NCBI GenBank assembly: GCA_963757755.1
Contig: CAVWTK010000003.1
Coordinates: 295,825-359,824, forward strand
Direction of reading: 5' to 3'
Length of the DNA: 64,000 bases
DNA from: an uncultured bacterium
GTDB lineage: Bacteria; Desulfobacterota; Binatia; HRBIN30; CADEER01
Shown: positions 27,771 through 37,260 of the stretch, one piece after another
How the letters are laid out: the number at the start of each line of letters is the position of its first letter
How positions within the stretch are numbered: position 1 is the first letter of the stretch
The notes under the pieces: model-generated
What the model saw: only the letters and a program-made list of their open reading frames with translations
Database searches by the model: none
What the model was told of the DNA's origin: nothing
Translations under genes and position numbers: made by a program

Positions 27771-28232
27771 ATGAGCGCGCCAGGCACGGTTGAACCCATG
27801 TACAAGGACCAGGTCATGGAGTTCCCGTACAAGCACTCGACCGGCGAGACGGTGGGCCGTTTTCTCGCCGGGTTGAAGGAACAGAAGACGATCTGGGGGC
27901 AGCGGGTGAAGGGGCAGGGCGTGGTGGTGCCGCCGATGGGTTACTCGGAGCTCGACGCCGCGGGCGGCGGCGAGTGGGTGGCGGTGCAGGACACCGGCGT
28001 GATCACCGCCGCTGCGATCGTGCGCGAGCCGATCGAGCGGCTGCACCCGGTCGACGAGCCGTTCGCCTTCGTGCTGGTAAAGCTCGACGGGGCCGACACG
28101 GCGTTCGCGCACATCGCGCGCGGCGATCTGGGCACGCTGAAGGTCGGTGCGCGCGTGCAGGCGGAATGGGAGCCCGACGACGAGCGAGTGGGCAGCGTGC
28201 GCGACATCGCCGCGTTCCGCGTCGTCGGCTGA
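27771..28232 (+). CDS. DUF35 OB-fold (acyl-CoA-associated) protein 1
   Basis: An intact 153-aa ORF with GAGGAGG RBS. The OB-fold C-terminus reads FAFVLVKLDGADTAFAHIARGDLGTLKVGARVQAEW. Confidence 0.8.
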   Translation: MSAPGTVEPMYKDQVMEFPYKHSTGETVGRFLAGLKEQKTIWGQRVKGQGVVVPPMGYSELDAAGGGEWVAVQDTGVITAAAIVREPIERLHPVDEPFAFVLVKLDGADTAFAHIARGDLGTLKVGARVQAEWEPDDERVGSVRDIAAFRVVG

Positions 28233-28243
28233 GCGAGGACAGC

Positions 28244-28746
28244 ATGAAGGAACCGCCGAAGGATCCGGTCAAGTACGTCGAGACCGACGTCTATCTGCCG
28301 TACCGCTACATCGCCGGCGACTACCGGGCGCGCGCCATGCACGGGCTGAAGGACAAGAAGTTCATCGGCTCCAGGGACAGCAAGACCGGCAAGGTGTTCG
28401 TCACGCCGATCGTCAACTCGCCGGAGAGCTTCGCGCCCTGCGATACGAGTTCGTCGAGCTCGAGGGCAACGGCGTCGTCACCACCTTCTGCATCGTCAAC
28501 ATCCCGGTCATCGGCCGCGACCTGCAGCTGCCCTACGTCGCCGCCTCGGTGGCGCTCGACGGCGCCGACATCTCGATCTTCGCCGCCATCCAGGAATGCG
28601 CCGTCGGCGACGTGCGGATGGGCATGCGCGTCGAGGCGGTGTGGAAGCCGGACGGCGAACGCACCGGCTCGTTCGACGACGTGCTGTACTTCCGCCCCAC
28701 CGGCGAGCCCGACGCCGCGGCCGAGACCTACATCAACCGTCTGTGA
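28244..28746 (+). CDS. DUF35 OB-fold protein 2, one apparent frameshift
   Basis: MKEPPKDPVKYVE..FIGSRDSKTGKVFVTP is in the 27974 frame. YEFVELEGNGVVTTFCIVNIP..YVAASVALDGADISIFAAIQECAVGDVRMGMRVEAVW is in ORF 28147..28746. The junction is at about 28400-28440. Confidence 0.75.
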
Positions 28747-28754
28747 CCAGCATT

Positions 28755-28829
28755 TCTCACCACGGAGGCACGGAGGCACGGAGACAGTCTCACCGGAGTT
28801 CTCCGTGTCTCCGTGTCTCCGTGGTGAAA
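28755..28829. repeat. REP-like hairpin, family C (CACGGAGGCAC units)
   Basis: tctcaccacggaggcacggaggcacggagac..tctccgtgtctccgtgtctccgtggtgaaaa. Confidence 0.85.
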
Positions 28830-28841
28830 AGGATTTCGTGA

Positions 28842-29971
28842 ATGACCAAACTTCGTAACGTTGCCGTCGTCGGCTTCGCGCATGCGCCGATCGTCGCGCA
28901 CGATCGCGCATCGCATGGCGCCGGAGATGCTCTACCCGGTGGTGCGCGAGGCGCTGGCGCAGTGTGGGGTCGAGCGCGACGCGATCGACTACCAGACCGC
29001 CGGCTCGGCCGACTACATCGATGGCCGCCCGTTCGGCTTCGTCGCCGCGCTCGACGTGATGGGGACGTGGCCGCCGCGCCAGGACTCGCACCTCGAGATG
29101 GACGCCGCCTTCGCCGCCCACTACGCGTGGATCCGCATGCAGGCCGGCGAGTGCGACACGGCCATGGTCGTCGGCTACGGCAAGGTGTCGGAAGGCCAGC
29201 CGGAACGCGTCCTCAACCTGCAGCTCGATCCCTACTACCTGGCGCCGCTCGGCCTCGGTCCGCTCAGCACGGCGGCGCTGCAGGCCAGCGCCTATATGGC
29301 GCGCAGCGGCGCGACCGACGGCGACTTCGCGGCGCTGCGCGGCGCGCAGTCGCGCCGCCGCGCGCGAAGAACCCGAACGCGCAGCTGCGCGAGCCGACGT
29401 CGGCCACGGCCCTGCAGCAGACGCCGTGGGCGGTCGAGCCGCTGCGCCAGGGCTACGTGCCGCCGGTCGGCGAGAGCGCCGTCTGCCTGATCCTCGCCGG
29501 CGAGGGCAAGGCGCAGAAGATGTGCGCGGCGCCAGCGTGGATCCACGGCGTCGACCAGCGCGCCGAGTTGCAGTCGCCTTGGCGCGCGCGATCTGTCGCG
29601 CAGCGCCAGCGCCGCGCTGGCCGCCGAAAACGCGATGGCGATGGCGGGGCTGAAGAGCGCCGCCGAGGTCGACGTCGCCGAGCTGCAGCGCCGCGACGCC
29701 GGCCGAGGAAATGATCCTGCGCGAGGCGCTGGGGCTGCCGGCGACCGGCGACGGCGCGCCGGTGATCAATCCGTCGGGCGGCACGATGGGCGGCAATCCG
29801 ATCATGATGAGCGGGCTCATCCGCCTCGGCGAGGCGTTCAAACAGTTGAGCGGCACGGCCGGGGCGTACGCGGTGCCGGACGCGCAGCGCGCCATCGCGC
29901 ACGCCGCGCAGGGACACTGCCTGCAGCAGAACGTGCTGTTCGTGCTCGGGCGCGAGCGGAGGTGGTCGTGA
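28842..29971 (+). pseudogene. thiolase-fold (SCP-x/Ltp-type) protein 1, about 4 frame changes
   Basis: It begins MTKLRNVAVVGFAHAPIV. The fragments with their ORFs are PEMLYPVVREALAQCGVERDAIDY..AMVVGYGKVSE (ORF 28861), KNPNAQLREP..SAVCLILAGEGKA (28842 frame), MAMAGLKSAAEVDVAEL (29635 frame) and INPSGGTMGGNPIMMSGLIRLGEAFKQL (ORF 29711..29971). Confidence 0.75.
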
Positions 29972-31121
29972 AACGTCCCGTTGCAGTCGTCGGAGTCGGA
30001 CAGACCAAGCACAGCGCCCGGCGCGCGGATGTCAACATCGCCGGCCTGGTGCGCGAGGCGGTCGATCGCGCGCTGCTCGACGCCGGCCTGGAGCACAAGG
30101 ACATCGACGCCATCGTGATCGGCAAGGCGCCCGACATGCTCGAGGGCGTCATGCAGCCCGAGCAGTTTCTCGTCGGCGCCGATCGGTGGCCACCTCAAGC
30201 CCGTGGTGCGCATCCACACGGCGGGATCGGTGGGCGCCACGACGGCGCTGGCCGGCGTCACGCACGTCGCCTCCGGCCTCTTCGACCGCGTCCTGGTGAT
30301 CGCGTTCGAGAAGCAGTCGGAAGGCAACGCCATGTGGGCGTTGTCGCCGAACATGCCGTTCATGCCGCCGCTCGTCGCCGGCGCCGGCGGCTACTTCGCG
30401 CCGTTCGTGCGCGCCTACATCGCGCGCACCGGCGCGCCGCCGCATATCGGACCGATGACCGCCGCCAACGCGCGCGCCAACGGCGGCCGCAACGAGTACG
30501 CCCATCTCAGCGAGCCGATGACGGTCGAGGACGTGATGGAGTCGCCCGTTCCTGTGGGAACCCATCCGCTATCTCGAGACCTGCCCGTCCTCGGACGGCG
30601 CCGTCGCCATGGTGCTGTCCAGCGAGGCGCACGCGAAGAAGGGCCCGCGCAAACCCGCGTGGGTGAAGGGCGGCGCGTCGTACGCCGAAGCGATGTGGGT
30701 GCCGGGCCGCGACCAGGTGAACCCGCTCGCCGGCCGTACCTGCGCGAAGCACGTCTACGACCAGGCCGGCATCACGGATCCGTGGAACCAGATCGACACC
30801 GCCGAGATCTACGTGCCGTTCGCGTGGTTCGAGGCGATGTGGCTCGAGAACCTCGGCTTCCGCCCGATCGGCGAAGGCTGGAAGGCGGTCGAGCGCGGCG
30901 ACCAGAAGATGGGCGCCCACCTGCCGATCAATCCGTCCGGCGGCGTGCTGTGCACCAACCCGATCGGCGCCTCGGGCATGCTCCGCCTCGGCGAAGCCGC
31001 GCTCCAGGTCATGGGCCGCGCCGGTGCCCATCAGGTCGAAGGCGCCAAGACGGCGCTCGGCCACGCGTACGGGGGCGGGGCGCAGTATTTTGCGATGTGG
31101 GTCGTCGGCAGCGACCAGTAA
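29968..31121 (+). pseudogene. thiolase-fold (SCP-x/Ltp-type) protein 2, 2 frame changes
   Basis: The GTG at 29968 overlaps the upstream TGA (GTGA). The fragments are VKRPVAVVGVGQTKHSARRADVNIAGLVREAVDRAL, RIHTAGSVGATTALAGVTHVASGLFDRVLVIAFEKQSE (ORF 30203) and INPSGGVLCTNPIGASGMLRLGEAALQV (ORF 30609..31121). The junctions are at about 30190 and in a CCC run at about 30547. Confidence 0.8.
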
Positions 31122-31172
31122 GCCGGTGAGCCAGTGCGCCGGTGTGAGTCGTCGAAGCGGCTCACTGGCGCA
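31121..31172. repeat. REP-like hairpin, family A (GGTGAGCC/GGCTCACC)
   Basis: agccggtgagccagtgcgccggtgtgagtcgtcgaagcggctcactggcgcagc, starting in the TAA stop. Confidence 0.75.
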
Positions 31173-31199
31173 GCGGCCCACGTTCTCTGAAAGGAAGCC

Positions 31200-32013
31200 A
31201 TGTCCGAACCCGCCCTGATCTACGAAAAAGACGGCCACGTCGCGATCGCTGACCATGAACCGGCCCGCCGCGCGCAACGCGGTGAATCCGGAGATGCTGT
31301 GCCGCCTCGCGGATGCGTGGGAGGACGTCAACAACGACGCCAACATCCACGTCGCGATCCTCACCGGCGCGGGCGAGCAGGCGTTCTGCGCGGGCGCCGA
31401 CCTCGACAAGCTGGTGCGCATGATGCAGGGCGCGATTCCGCCGGAAAACGAATACGACGAGCGGATCAAGAACGACGTCGGCGTCATCTACAAGGGCTTC
31501 ATGCGCAGCCTCGACGTCTACAAGCCGATCGTCGCGGCGGTGAAAGGCTTCTGTGTCGCCGGCGGTCTGGAGATCCTCAACTGCTGCGACATCCGGGTCG
31601 CCGCCGACGACGCGCAGTTCGGGCTCGCCGAGGTGAAGTGGAGCCTCTTCCCGATGGGCGGCTCGACGGTGCGGATCCCGCGCCAGATCCCGTGGCCGAT
31701 CGCGATGGAGATCATGCTCACCGGCGAGCGCATCTCGGCGCAGGAGGCCTACCGCGTCTGCCTGATCAACAAGGTCGTGCCGGCGTCGCAGGTGATGGGC
31801 GAGGCGCGCCGCTACGCCGACATCATCGCCGCCAACGGCCCGCTCGCCGTGCAGGCCGTGAAGCGCTCCGCCCTCACCGCCCTCGGCATGGAGACCGAGA
31901 AGGCGCTCGAGAAGGAGATGGAGATCGGCATCCCCGTCTCGATGTCCGAGGACGCCCGCGAGGGACCGAAGGCGTTCAAGGAGAAGCGGAAGCCGAACTT
32001 CAAAGGGCGTTAG
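31200..32013 (+). CDS. enoyl-CoA hydratase/isomerase (crotonase) family, one apparent frameshift near the N-terminus
   Basis: MSEPALIYEKDGHVAI is in the 31200 frame and NRPAARNAVNPEM..AILTGAGEQAFCAGADL..CVAGGLEILNCCDIRVAA is in ORF 31255..32013. The junction is at about 31243. Confidence 0.85.
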
Positions 32014-32128
32014 CGGGTGAGCGGGTGAGCCGGTAAGCCGGTGCGCCAGTGAGCCGGTGAGCCAGTGAGCCGGTGAGGCAGTGCCGAGTCTTCGACCGGC
32101 GCACTGGCGCACTGGCGCACCGGCTCAC
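32014..32128. repeat. REP-like hairpin, family A, long array
   Basis: About 7 GGTGAGCC-like units lie at 32014-32077. They face ggcgcactggcgcactggcgcaccggctcac at 32098-32128. The last unit contains the stop codon (TCA 32125-32127) of the convergent GMC gene. Confidence 0.85.
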
Positions 32129-33651
32129 ACGCGCAAGCGCTCAGCCAGGTGCTCCGCCAAGCGCAGCGACAGCGCCGTGATCGTCAGCGTCGGGTTGCTG
32201 ACGCCGCTGGTCACGAAGACGGCGCTGCTGGCGACGTAGAGGTTCGGGGTGCCGTGCACGCGCAGGTCGCGGTCGACGACGCTGGTGCGCGGATCGTCGC
32301 CCATGCGGCAGGTGCCCATGTGGTGGTGCTCCCAGGCGAGTGGGCCGACGGTCACGGTGGGATGCTCGATGCCGAGTTGGGCAAGCACCTGCCAGACGAG
32401 CGTCTCGGCATGGCGAATGGTGCGCCGGTCGGCGTCGGTGAAGTCCAGTGCCAGCTGCGCCGTCGGGTTGCCGAGGGCGTCGCGGCGGTCGCTCAGGGTG
32501 ACGCGATTGAGCGGTGAGGGTTCGCACTCGATCTCGCCGCGCACCTGCAGGGCGATCCGGTGCGGCGGCTTGTCGTCTCTGGGGGCAAGCGTGTCCGCGA
32601 CGACGCGGATGCGCAGGCCGCCCAGGCCGCGCTGCTTGGCGTCGTCGAGGAATTCCTCGGTCGAGACCCATTCGTTGCCGGGACGCGGGCCCCAGTCGGC
32701 GTCGATGGTGGCGCGGCCCCTCACGACCAGCGGGTGCTCCATGAAATTGCGGCCGACCTGATCGGAGCGGTTGCCGAGCCCATGTGGCGCGTGCGCGGAG
32801 TGCGACAGCAGCAGGAGGCGCGCGCTCTCGACGCCGCCGCAGGCGATGACGTAGGCGCGCGCTCGTGCCAGGCGTGGCGGGTCGGTGAAGTTCTCGAGCC
32901 GGATGCCCTCGACGCGTCCGCGCGCGTCGCAGACGACGCGCGTCGCAGTGGCGTCGGTCACCAGGAGCGCGTTCGGCGAGGCCGCGAGCTCGGGGAGATG
33001 GGTGACGGCGATTCGTACGCCGACGCCGTTGTCCCCTTTGGATCGCGGCGATCGGTGCAGCGCCAGGTCGGCGCCACGCCGGCGCATCAGCTCCTGAATG
33101 TTGGGGAAGGGCGGATGCTGGGAGAGCGGGAAGGGGTCGCGTCGCGGCGGCGCGTAGGGCGCGTCGTCGACGCCCTGCACGCGCAGCTCGACCTCGGCAC
33201 CGAGATAGTAGGGCTCGAGGTCGGCATAGCGGATCGGCCACGGCGCGTGACGCGGGGTGTAGGCGTTGGGCTCGAAGTCGATCGGATGGAGCCGCGGACA
33301 CGCGCCGCTCCATAGGTTCGAGGTGCCGCCGGCGCCGCGGAAGCGGGTCGAGGCGAGCGGATAGTCGAGCCCGCCGATCGACGAGTAGATGTCGAGGGCG
33401 TTGACGCGCGGATCGCGCGGCGCACCGCGCGCCGGGCCGGACTCGACCAGCGTGACCGTCAGGCCGCGGCGCGTCAGCGCACAGGCCAGGATCGCCCCGG
33501 CCGGGCCGCTGCCGATGATGCACACGTCGGCATCCGGGGCGGCGGCGGTCGCCGCGCCGGCGCGGAGGACGCGTGTCAGCGGCGCCGCTGCCAGAGCGAC
33601 CCCGGCGCGCAGCACCGCCCGTCGCCGAACCCCCTTTCCTCGACCCGCCAC
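32125..33651 (-). CDS. GMC family FAD oxidoreductase with Tat-type signal
   Basis: An intact 508-aa ORF. The twin-arginine N-terminus is RRRAVLRAGVALAAAP. The FAD motif is DVCIIGSGPAGAILACAL and the GMC C-terminal motif is WEHHHMGTCRMG. Confidence 0.85.
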   Translation of the reverse strand: MAGRGKGVRRRAVLRAGVALAAAPLTRVLRAGAATAAAPDADVCIIGSGPAGAILACALTRRGLTVTLVESGPARGAPRDPRVNALDIYSSIGGLDYPLASTRFRGAGGTSNLWSGACPRLHPIDFEPNAYTPRHAPWPIRYADLEPYYLGAEVELRVQGVDDAPYAPPRRDPFPLSQHPPFPNIQELMRRRGADLALHRSPRSKGDNGVGVRIAVTHLPELAASPNALLVTDATATRVVCDARGRVEGIRLENFTDPPRLARARAYVIACGGVESARLLLLSHSAHAPHGLGNRSDQVGRNFMEHPLVVRGRATIDADWGPRPGNEWVSTEEFLDDAKQRGLGGLRIRVVADTLAPRDDKPPHRIALQVRGEIECEPSPLNRVTLSDRRDALGNPTAQLALDFTDADRRTIRHAETLVWQVLAQLGIEHPTVTVGPLAWEHHHMGTCRMGDDPRTSVVDRDLRVHGTPNLYVASSAVFVTSGVSNPTLTITALSLRLAEHLAERLRV

Positions 33652-33810
33652 CAGGAATGCCTATCCGGCGTCGGTCGTTGGGTGCAATGTCAGGAGCGCA
33701 GGCGCCTCCATCCCCGTTGCTGCCCCAAGGGCTCACAGTGCGAGTGGCAGCGCGCTCCGGCCCTGCCGGGCCGACGGGCCTGGAGGCCCGCGCTCCCGCG
33801 CTCCAACCTT

Positions 33811-33826
33811 GACAAACAAACGTTTG
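33811..33826. promoter_or_regulatory. CAAAC-N4-GTTTG operator, site b (autoregulatory position), overlapping TTGACA
   Basis: ccttGACAAACaaacGTTTGgtcaa lies 20 nt upstream of the TetR ATG at 33846. TTGACA is at 33809-33814. No RBS is seen, so the transcript may be near-leaderless. Confidence 0.6.
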
Positions 33827-33845
33827 GTCAACTACTGCCACCCTC

Positions 33846-34505
33846 ATGAAGGCCCGTTCGGCGGCGAAGCGGCCGCGGGTGGTGCGGTCAACGCGTGACG
33901 TGATCCTCGACGCGGCCGAACGGCGCTTTGCCGAGCGCGGCTTCGCCGGGGTCTCGGTGCGCGAGATCGCCGGTGATGCGGGGCTCAAGAACCAGGCCAG
34001 CCTCTACCATCACTTCAAGAACAAGAAGGCGCTCTACGAAGCGGTGCTGCAGCGCGGGCTCGAGCCGATCATCGAGTTGGTGTCGGGCAGCGAGACCGCC
34101 GGCGACGCCAGCGATCCGGTGCTCGACCGCATGGTGGACTATCTGGCGGCGCGGCCGCATCTGCCGCGCCTGATCCAGCGCGCCGGCCTGGACGACAGCA
34201 AGGCATTGCGCGGCACCGTCAGCCGCCTGCTGAGCCCGCTCTACAGCAGCGGCATGCGCGTCCTCGCCGGGACCAGCGGCACCTGGTCGGAGTCGGAGAT
34301 CCCGCATCTCGCCGCCGGCCTCTATCATCTCATCTTCGGGTACTTCGCGAACGCCGCGCTGCTCGAGGCCGTTCTGCCGGACGACCCGCACAGTCCCGCG
34401 GCCCTCGCCCGCCAGTCGCACTTCCTCAAGGTCGCGGTTGCCCGACTGCTCGGTGGTGACGACGTCGCCGCGCAGGCACCGCGCCCCCTCAACAAGAGTT
34501 CCTGA
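33846..34505 (+). CDS. TetR/AcrR family transcriptional regulator
   Basis: An intact ORF. The HTH is ERGFAGVSVREIAGDAGLKNQASLYHHFKNKKALYEAV. Confidence 0.85.
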   Translation: MKARSAAKRPRVVRSTRDVILDAAERRFAERGFAGVSVREIAGDAGLKNQASLYHHFKNKKALYEAVLQRGLEPIIELVSGSETAGDASDPVLDRMVDYLAARPHLPRLIQRAGLDDSKALRGTVSRLLSPLYSSGMRVLAGTSGTWSESEIPHLAAGLYHLIFGYFANAALLEAVLPDDPHSPAALARQSHFLKVAVARLLGGDDVAAQAPRPLNKSS

Positions 34506-34521
34506 CAGGAGAACGGTCCGC

Positions 34522-35745
34522 ATGCAGATGTCCGACATCGACCTCGCCCATCCCGACAACTATCACTCGGGTCCGCCCCATCACATGTTCGAAGTGCTCC
34601 GCCGCGAGGCGCCGGTGTTCTGGCATCCCGACACGGAAACGCCCGGCTTCTGGGCGCTCACGCGGCACGCCGAGGTGGCGCACGCCTCGCGGAGCCCGCA
34701 GCTCTATTCGGCGCAGCGGCGGACGGTCTTCATGTTCGAGTCGAACGAGGAGGACCTGTCCAACCTGCAGATGATGCTGGTGAACCGCGACCCACCGCAG
34801 CACACCAAGCTGCGCCGTCTGGTCAGCCTCGGGTTCACGCCGCGCCGCATCGCCATGCTCGAGGTGAAAGTGCGGGAGCGCGCCAACGCGATCATCGACG
34901 CCGTCGCGGCGCGCGGCGAGTGCGACTTCGTCACCGAGCTCGCCGCCGACCTGCCACTGCAGGTGATCGCCGAGCTGGTCGGCGTGCCGATGGAGGATCG
35001 CGGCAAGCTCTTCGAGTGGAGCAACAAGCTGATCGGCTTCGACGATCCCGAGTACTCCGGCGATCGCGAGATGCAGAAGCAGAGCGCGATGGACGTGTAC
35101 CTCTACGCCAACCAGCTGGCGGAGAAGCGGCGCGAGCAGCCGACCGACGACCTCACCAGCATCATCATGAACGGCGAGGTGGACGGCGAGCGGCTCACCG
35201 AGATGGAGTACGACCTGTTCTTCCTGCTGCTCATCGTCGCCGGCAACGAGACGACGCGCAACGCCATCTCGGGCGGCATGCTGGCGCTCATCCAGCATCC
35301 GGAGCAGCGCGCTCGTCTGATCGCCAACCCGGCACTGATGACGACCGCCACCGAGGAGATCCTGCGCTGGGTGACGCCGGTCAACTGCTTCCGCCGCACC
35401 GCGCTGCAGGACACCGACATCGGCGGCCAGCCGGTGCGCGAGGGCGACAAGGTGGTGATGTTCTACCCGTCCGCCAACCGCGACGACCGCGTCTTCGCCA
35501 GTCCCGATCAGTTCGACGTCGGCCGCACCCCCAACGACCATCTCGCGTTCGGCATGGGCACCCACTTCTGCCTCGGCAACGCTCTCGCCCGCCTCGAGAT
35601 CAAGGTGATGTTCGAGGAGCTGCTGCGCCGCGTGCCCGATATCGCGCTGGCCGGCCCGGTCGAACGGCTGCGCTCGAGCTTCATCAACGGCATCAAGCGC
35701 ATGCCGGTGCGCTTCACGCCGGAGAAGGTTCGCAAGACCGCGTGA
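34522..35745 (+). CDS. cytochrome P450
   Basis: The start is MQMSDIDL (AGGAG upstream). Motifs are the I-helix LLLIVAGNETT, the EILRW (ExxR) motif and the heme loop FGMGTHFCLGNALARLE. Confidence 0.9.
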   Translation: MQMSDIDLAHPDNYHSGPPHHMFEVLRREAPVFWHPDTETPGFWALTRHAEVAHASRSPQLYSAQRRTVFMFESNEEDLSNLQMMLVNRDPPQHTKLRRLVSLGFTPRRIAMLEVKVRERANAIIDAVAARGECDFVTELAADLPLQVIAELVGVPMEDRGKLFEWSNKLIGFDDPEYSGDREMQKQSAMDVYLYANQLAEKRREQPTDDLTSIIMNGEVDGERLTEMEYDLFFLLLIVAGNETTRNAISGGMLALIQHPEQRARLIANPALMTTATEEILRWVTPVNCFRRTALQDTDIGGQPVREGDKVVMFYPSANRDDRVFASPDQFDVGRTPNDHLAFGMGTHFCLGNALARLEIKVMFEELLRRVPDIALAGPVERLRSSFINGIKRMPVRFTPEKVRKTA

Positions 35746-35859
35746 GCAAGCTGCGGATCACACGGACCGAACGGGTCCGTGCGATCCGTGACCGCTCGGA
35801 GTCGCACAGCGGAACGTTCCGCACGTGATCGGGCCGCACGCGCCGTCGACGCCCGTTGC

Positions 35860-36360
35860 CTAGCGGACGCGTGAGCGCCGCGATGCTGCCGCCCGCAGCG
35901 TCAGATCCGGCGTACGGCCGTCCGGGAGCTCCGCGGTCGTCTCCTCGTGCCGCAGCGGTTCGTGGCAGTGCGCGCAGGTGGGCTCGGCGTGCGTGATGGC
36001 GCCGCAGCGCGTGTGGCGCAGCAGGACCGGCGCGCCCTTGGAGCCGTGGAGCCAGCGGTCGCCCCAGCGCATCATCGCGAGCAGCACGGGATGGAAATCG
36101 CGCCCCTTTTCGGTGAGGTGATACTCGAAGCGGGGCGGGCGCTCCTGGTACTGGCGGCGCTCCAGCAGCCCTTCATGCTCGAGGCGGCGCAGGCGATCAG
36201 TGAGCACGTTGCGCCCGATCGACAGCGCCCGCTGCAGGTCGTCGAAGCGGGTCAGGCCGAAGAAAAGCTCGCGGAGGACAAGTGGGGTCCACCAGTCGCC
36301 GAGGAGGTCGACGGTGCGCGCGATCGAGCACGGCCATTTGCGGAAGGATGTGCGTCGCAT
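35860..36360 (-). CDS. HxlR family transcriptional regulator
   Basis: CSIARTVDLLGDWWTPLVLRELFFGLTRFDDLQRALSIGRNVLTDRLRRLEHEGLLERRQY. The start is taken at MRRTSF (36360); the ORF is open to 36396. Confidence 0.8.
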   Translation of the reverse strand: MRRTSFRKWPCSIARTVDLLGDWWTPLVLRELFFGLTRFDDLQRALSIGRNVLTDRLRRLEHEGLLERRQYQERPPRFEYHLTEKGRDFHPVLLAMMRWGDRWLHGSKGAPVLLRHTRCGAITHAEPTCAHCHEPLRHEETTAELPDGRTPDLTLRAAASRRSRVR

Positions 36361-36455
36361 ACGCCCCACCATACAGGGTTGCACGAACGAACGCACTGGC
36401 CTATGGTCGGTTCCATGAACGAACTGACTGGGCCCCGAAAGGCGAGGAGGCGCGC

Positions 36456-36902
36456 ATGAGCAACGAGGTCATGGCTTTCGTGCAGTACGCGACGGCGTTC
36501 GAGGACGGCTTTGCCGCCGACGATTGGCACCTGGTGGACGTCCTGTTCGACGACGACGTCGCGTGGGCGGTGGGTGGCCTGCCGTCGCCGGAACCCTTTC
36601 TCGCCCAGGGGCGGGCCAACGTCTCCGCGACCATCAAGAAGAGCGTCGATGCCTTCGATCGCCGCTTCGACACGCGCGAGCCCGTGCCGACGAGCGGGCC
36701 GGTGCCGATTCCCGGTGGCATTCATCTCGAATGGACGGTGACCTACACCCGCGACGGGCTGCCGCCGTTCGTGCTCCGCGGCGAGGAATGGGACCTCTTC
36801 CGCGACGGCAAGCTGGTGATGCACTACGAACACATCCACAACGGCGCCGACGCGCTCGCCTACCTCGCCCGCCACGCCGCGGCGCTGCGTCCGCCGCGCT
36901 AG
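36456..36902 (+). CDS. SnoaL-like / NTF2-fold protein (hypothetical)
   Basis: A 148-aa protein from MSNEVMAFVQYATAFEDG (GAGGAGG upstream), divergent from HxlR. The fold call rests on size and pattern only. Confidence 0.55.
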   Translation: MSNEVMAFVQYATAFEDGFAADDWHLVDVLFDDDVAWAVGGLPSPEPFLAQGRANVSATIKKSVDAFDRRFDTREPVPTSGPVPIPGGIHLEWTVTYTRDGLPPFVLRGEEWDLFRDGKLVMHYEHIHNGADALAYLARHAAALRPPR

Positions 36903-37260
36903 CGCAACTGCATTTGCGAGTGGCGCGCGCGTAGCTGCGGGCCGTGTGCCCGCACGCGGAGCGCCGGGCCCGCGTGCCCCCGTCCATCCCGCCGGCGACG
37001 CAATGCAGCACCGTCGGCCCAACGGCCGCGGATGCGGGCAGGCCCACCCACATCGCGGTGAAGACCGTCAGGTCGCGGTGGAGCGACCGTGCCGGCCGAG
37101 TACATCTTACCGGCAGCCGCGCAACCTTGGGTAAGCGCGGCGGCCTGCCACGCCGGGAAATACGCTCGCGATGGCGAGTCGAGGTGGCCTCGGCCTTGCT
37201 GACGGCGTGTGCCACGCGCCCTCTGTTGGGTGCAGAGAATGGCAGAACTCCAGGCTCGTC

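Noticed and set aside
1683-30550. Programmed ribosomal frameshifting or transcriptional slippage as the cause of the split genes
   Set aside because: There are too many events (several per gene) in unrelated housekeeping-type enzymes. There are no X_XXY_YYZ slippery heptamers with downstream pseudoknots at the junctions I inspected. The junctions sit in plain G/C homopolymers, which fits indel errors or decay.
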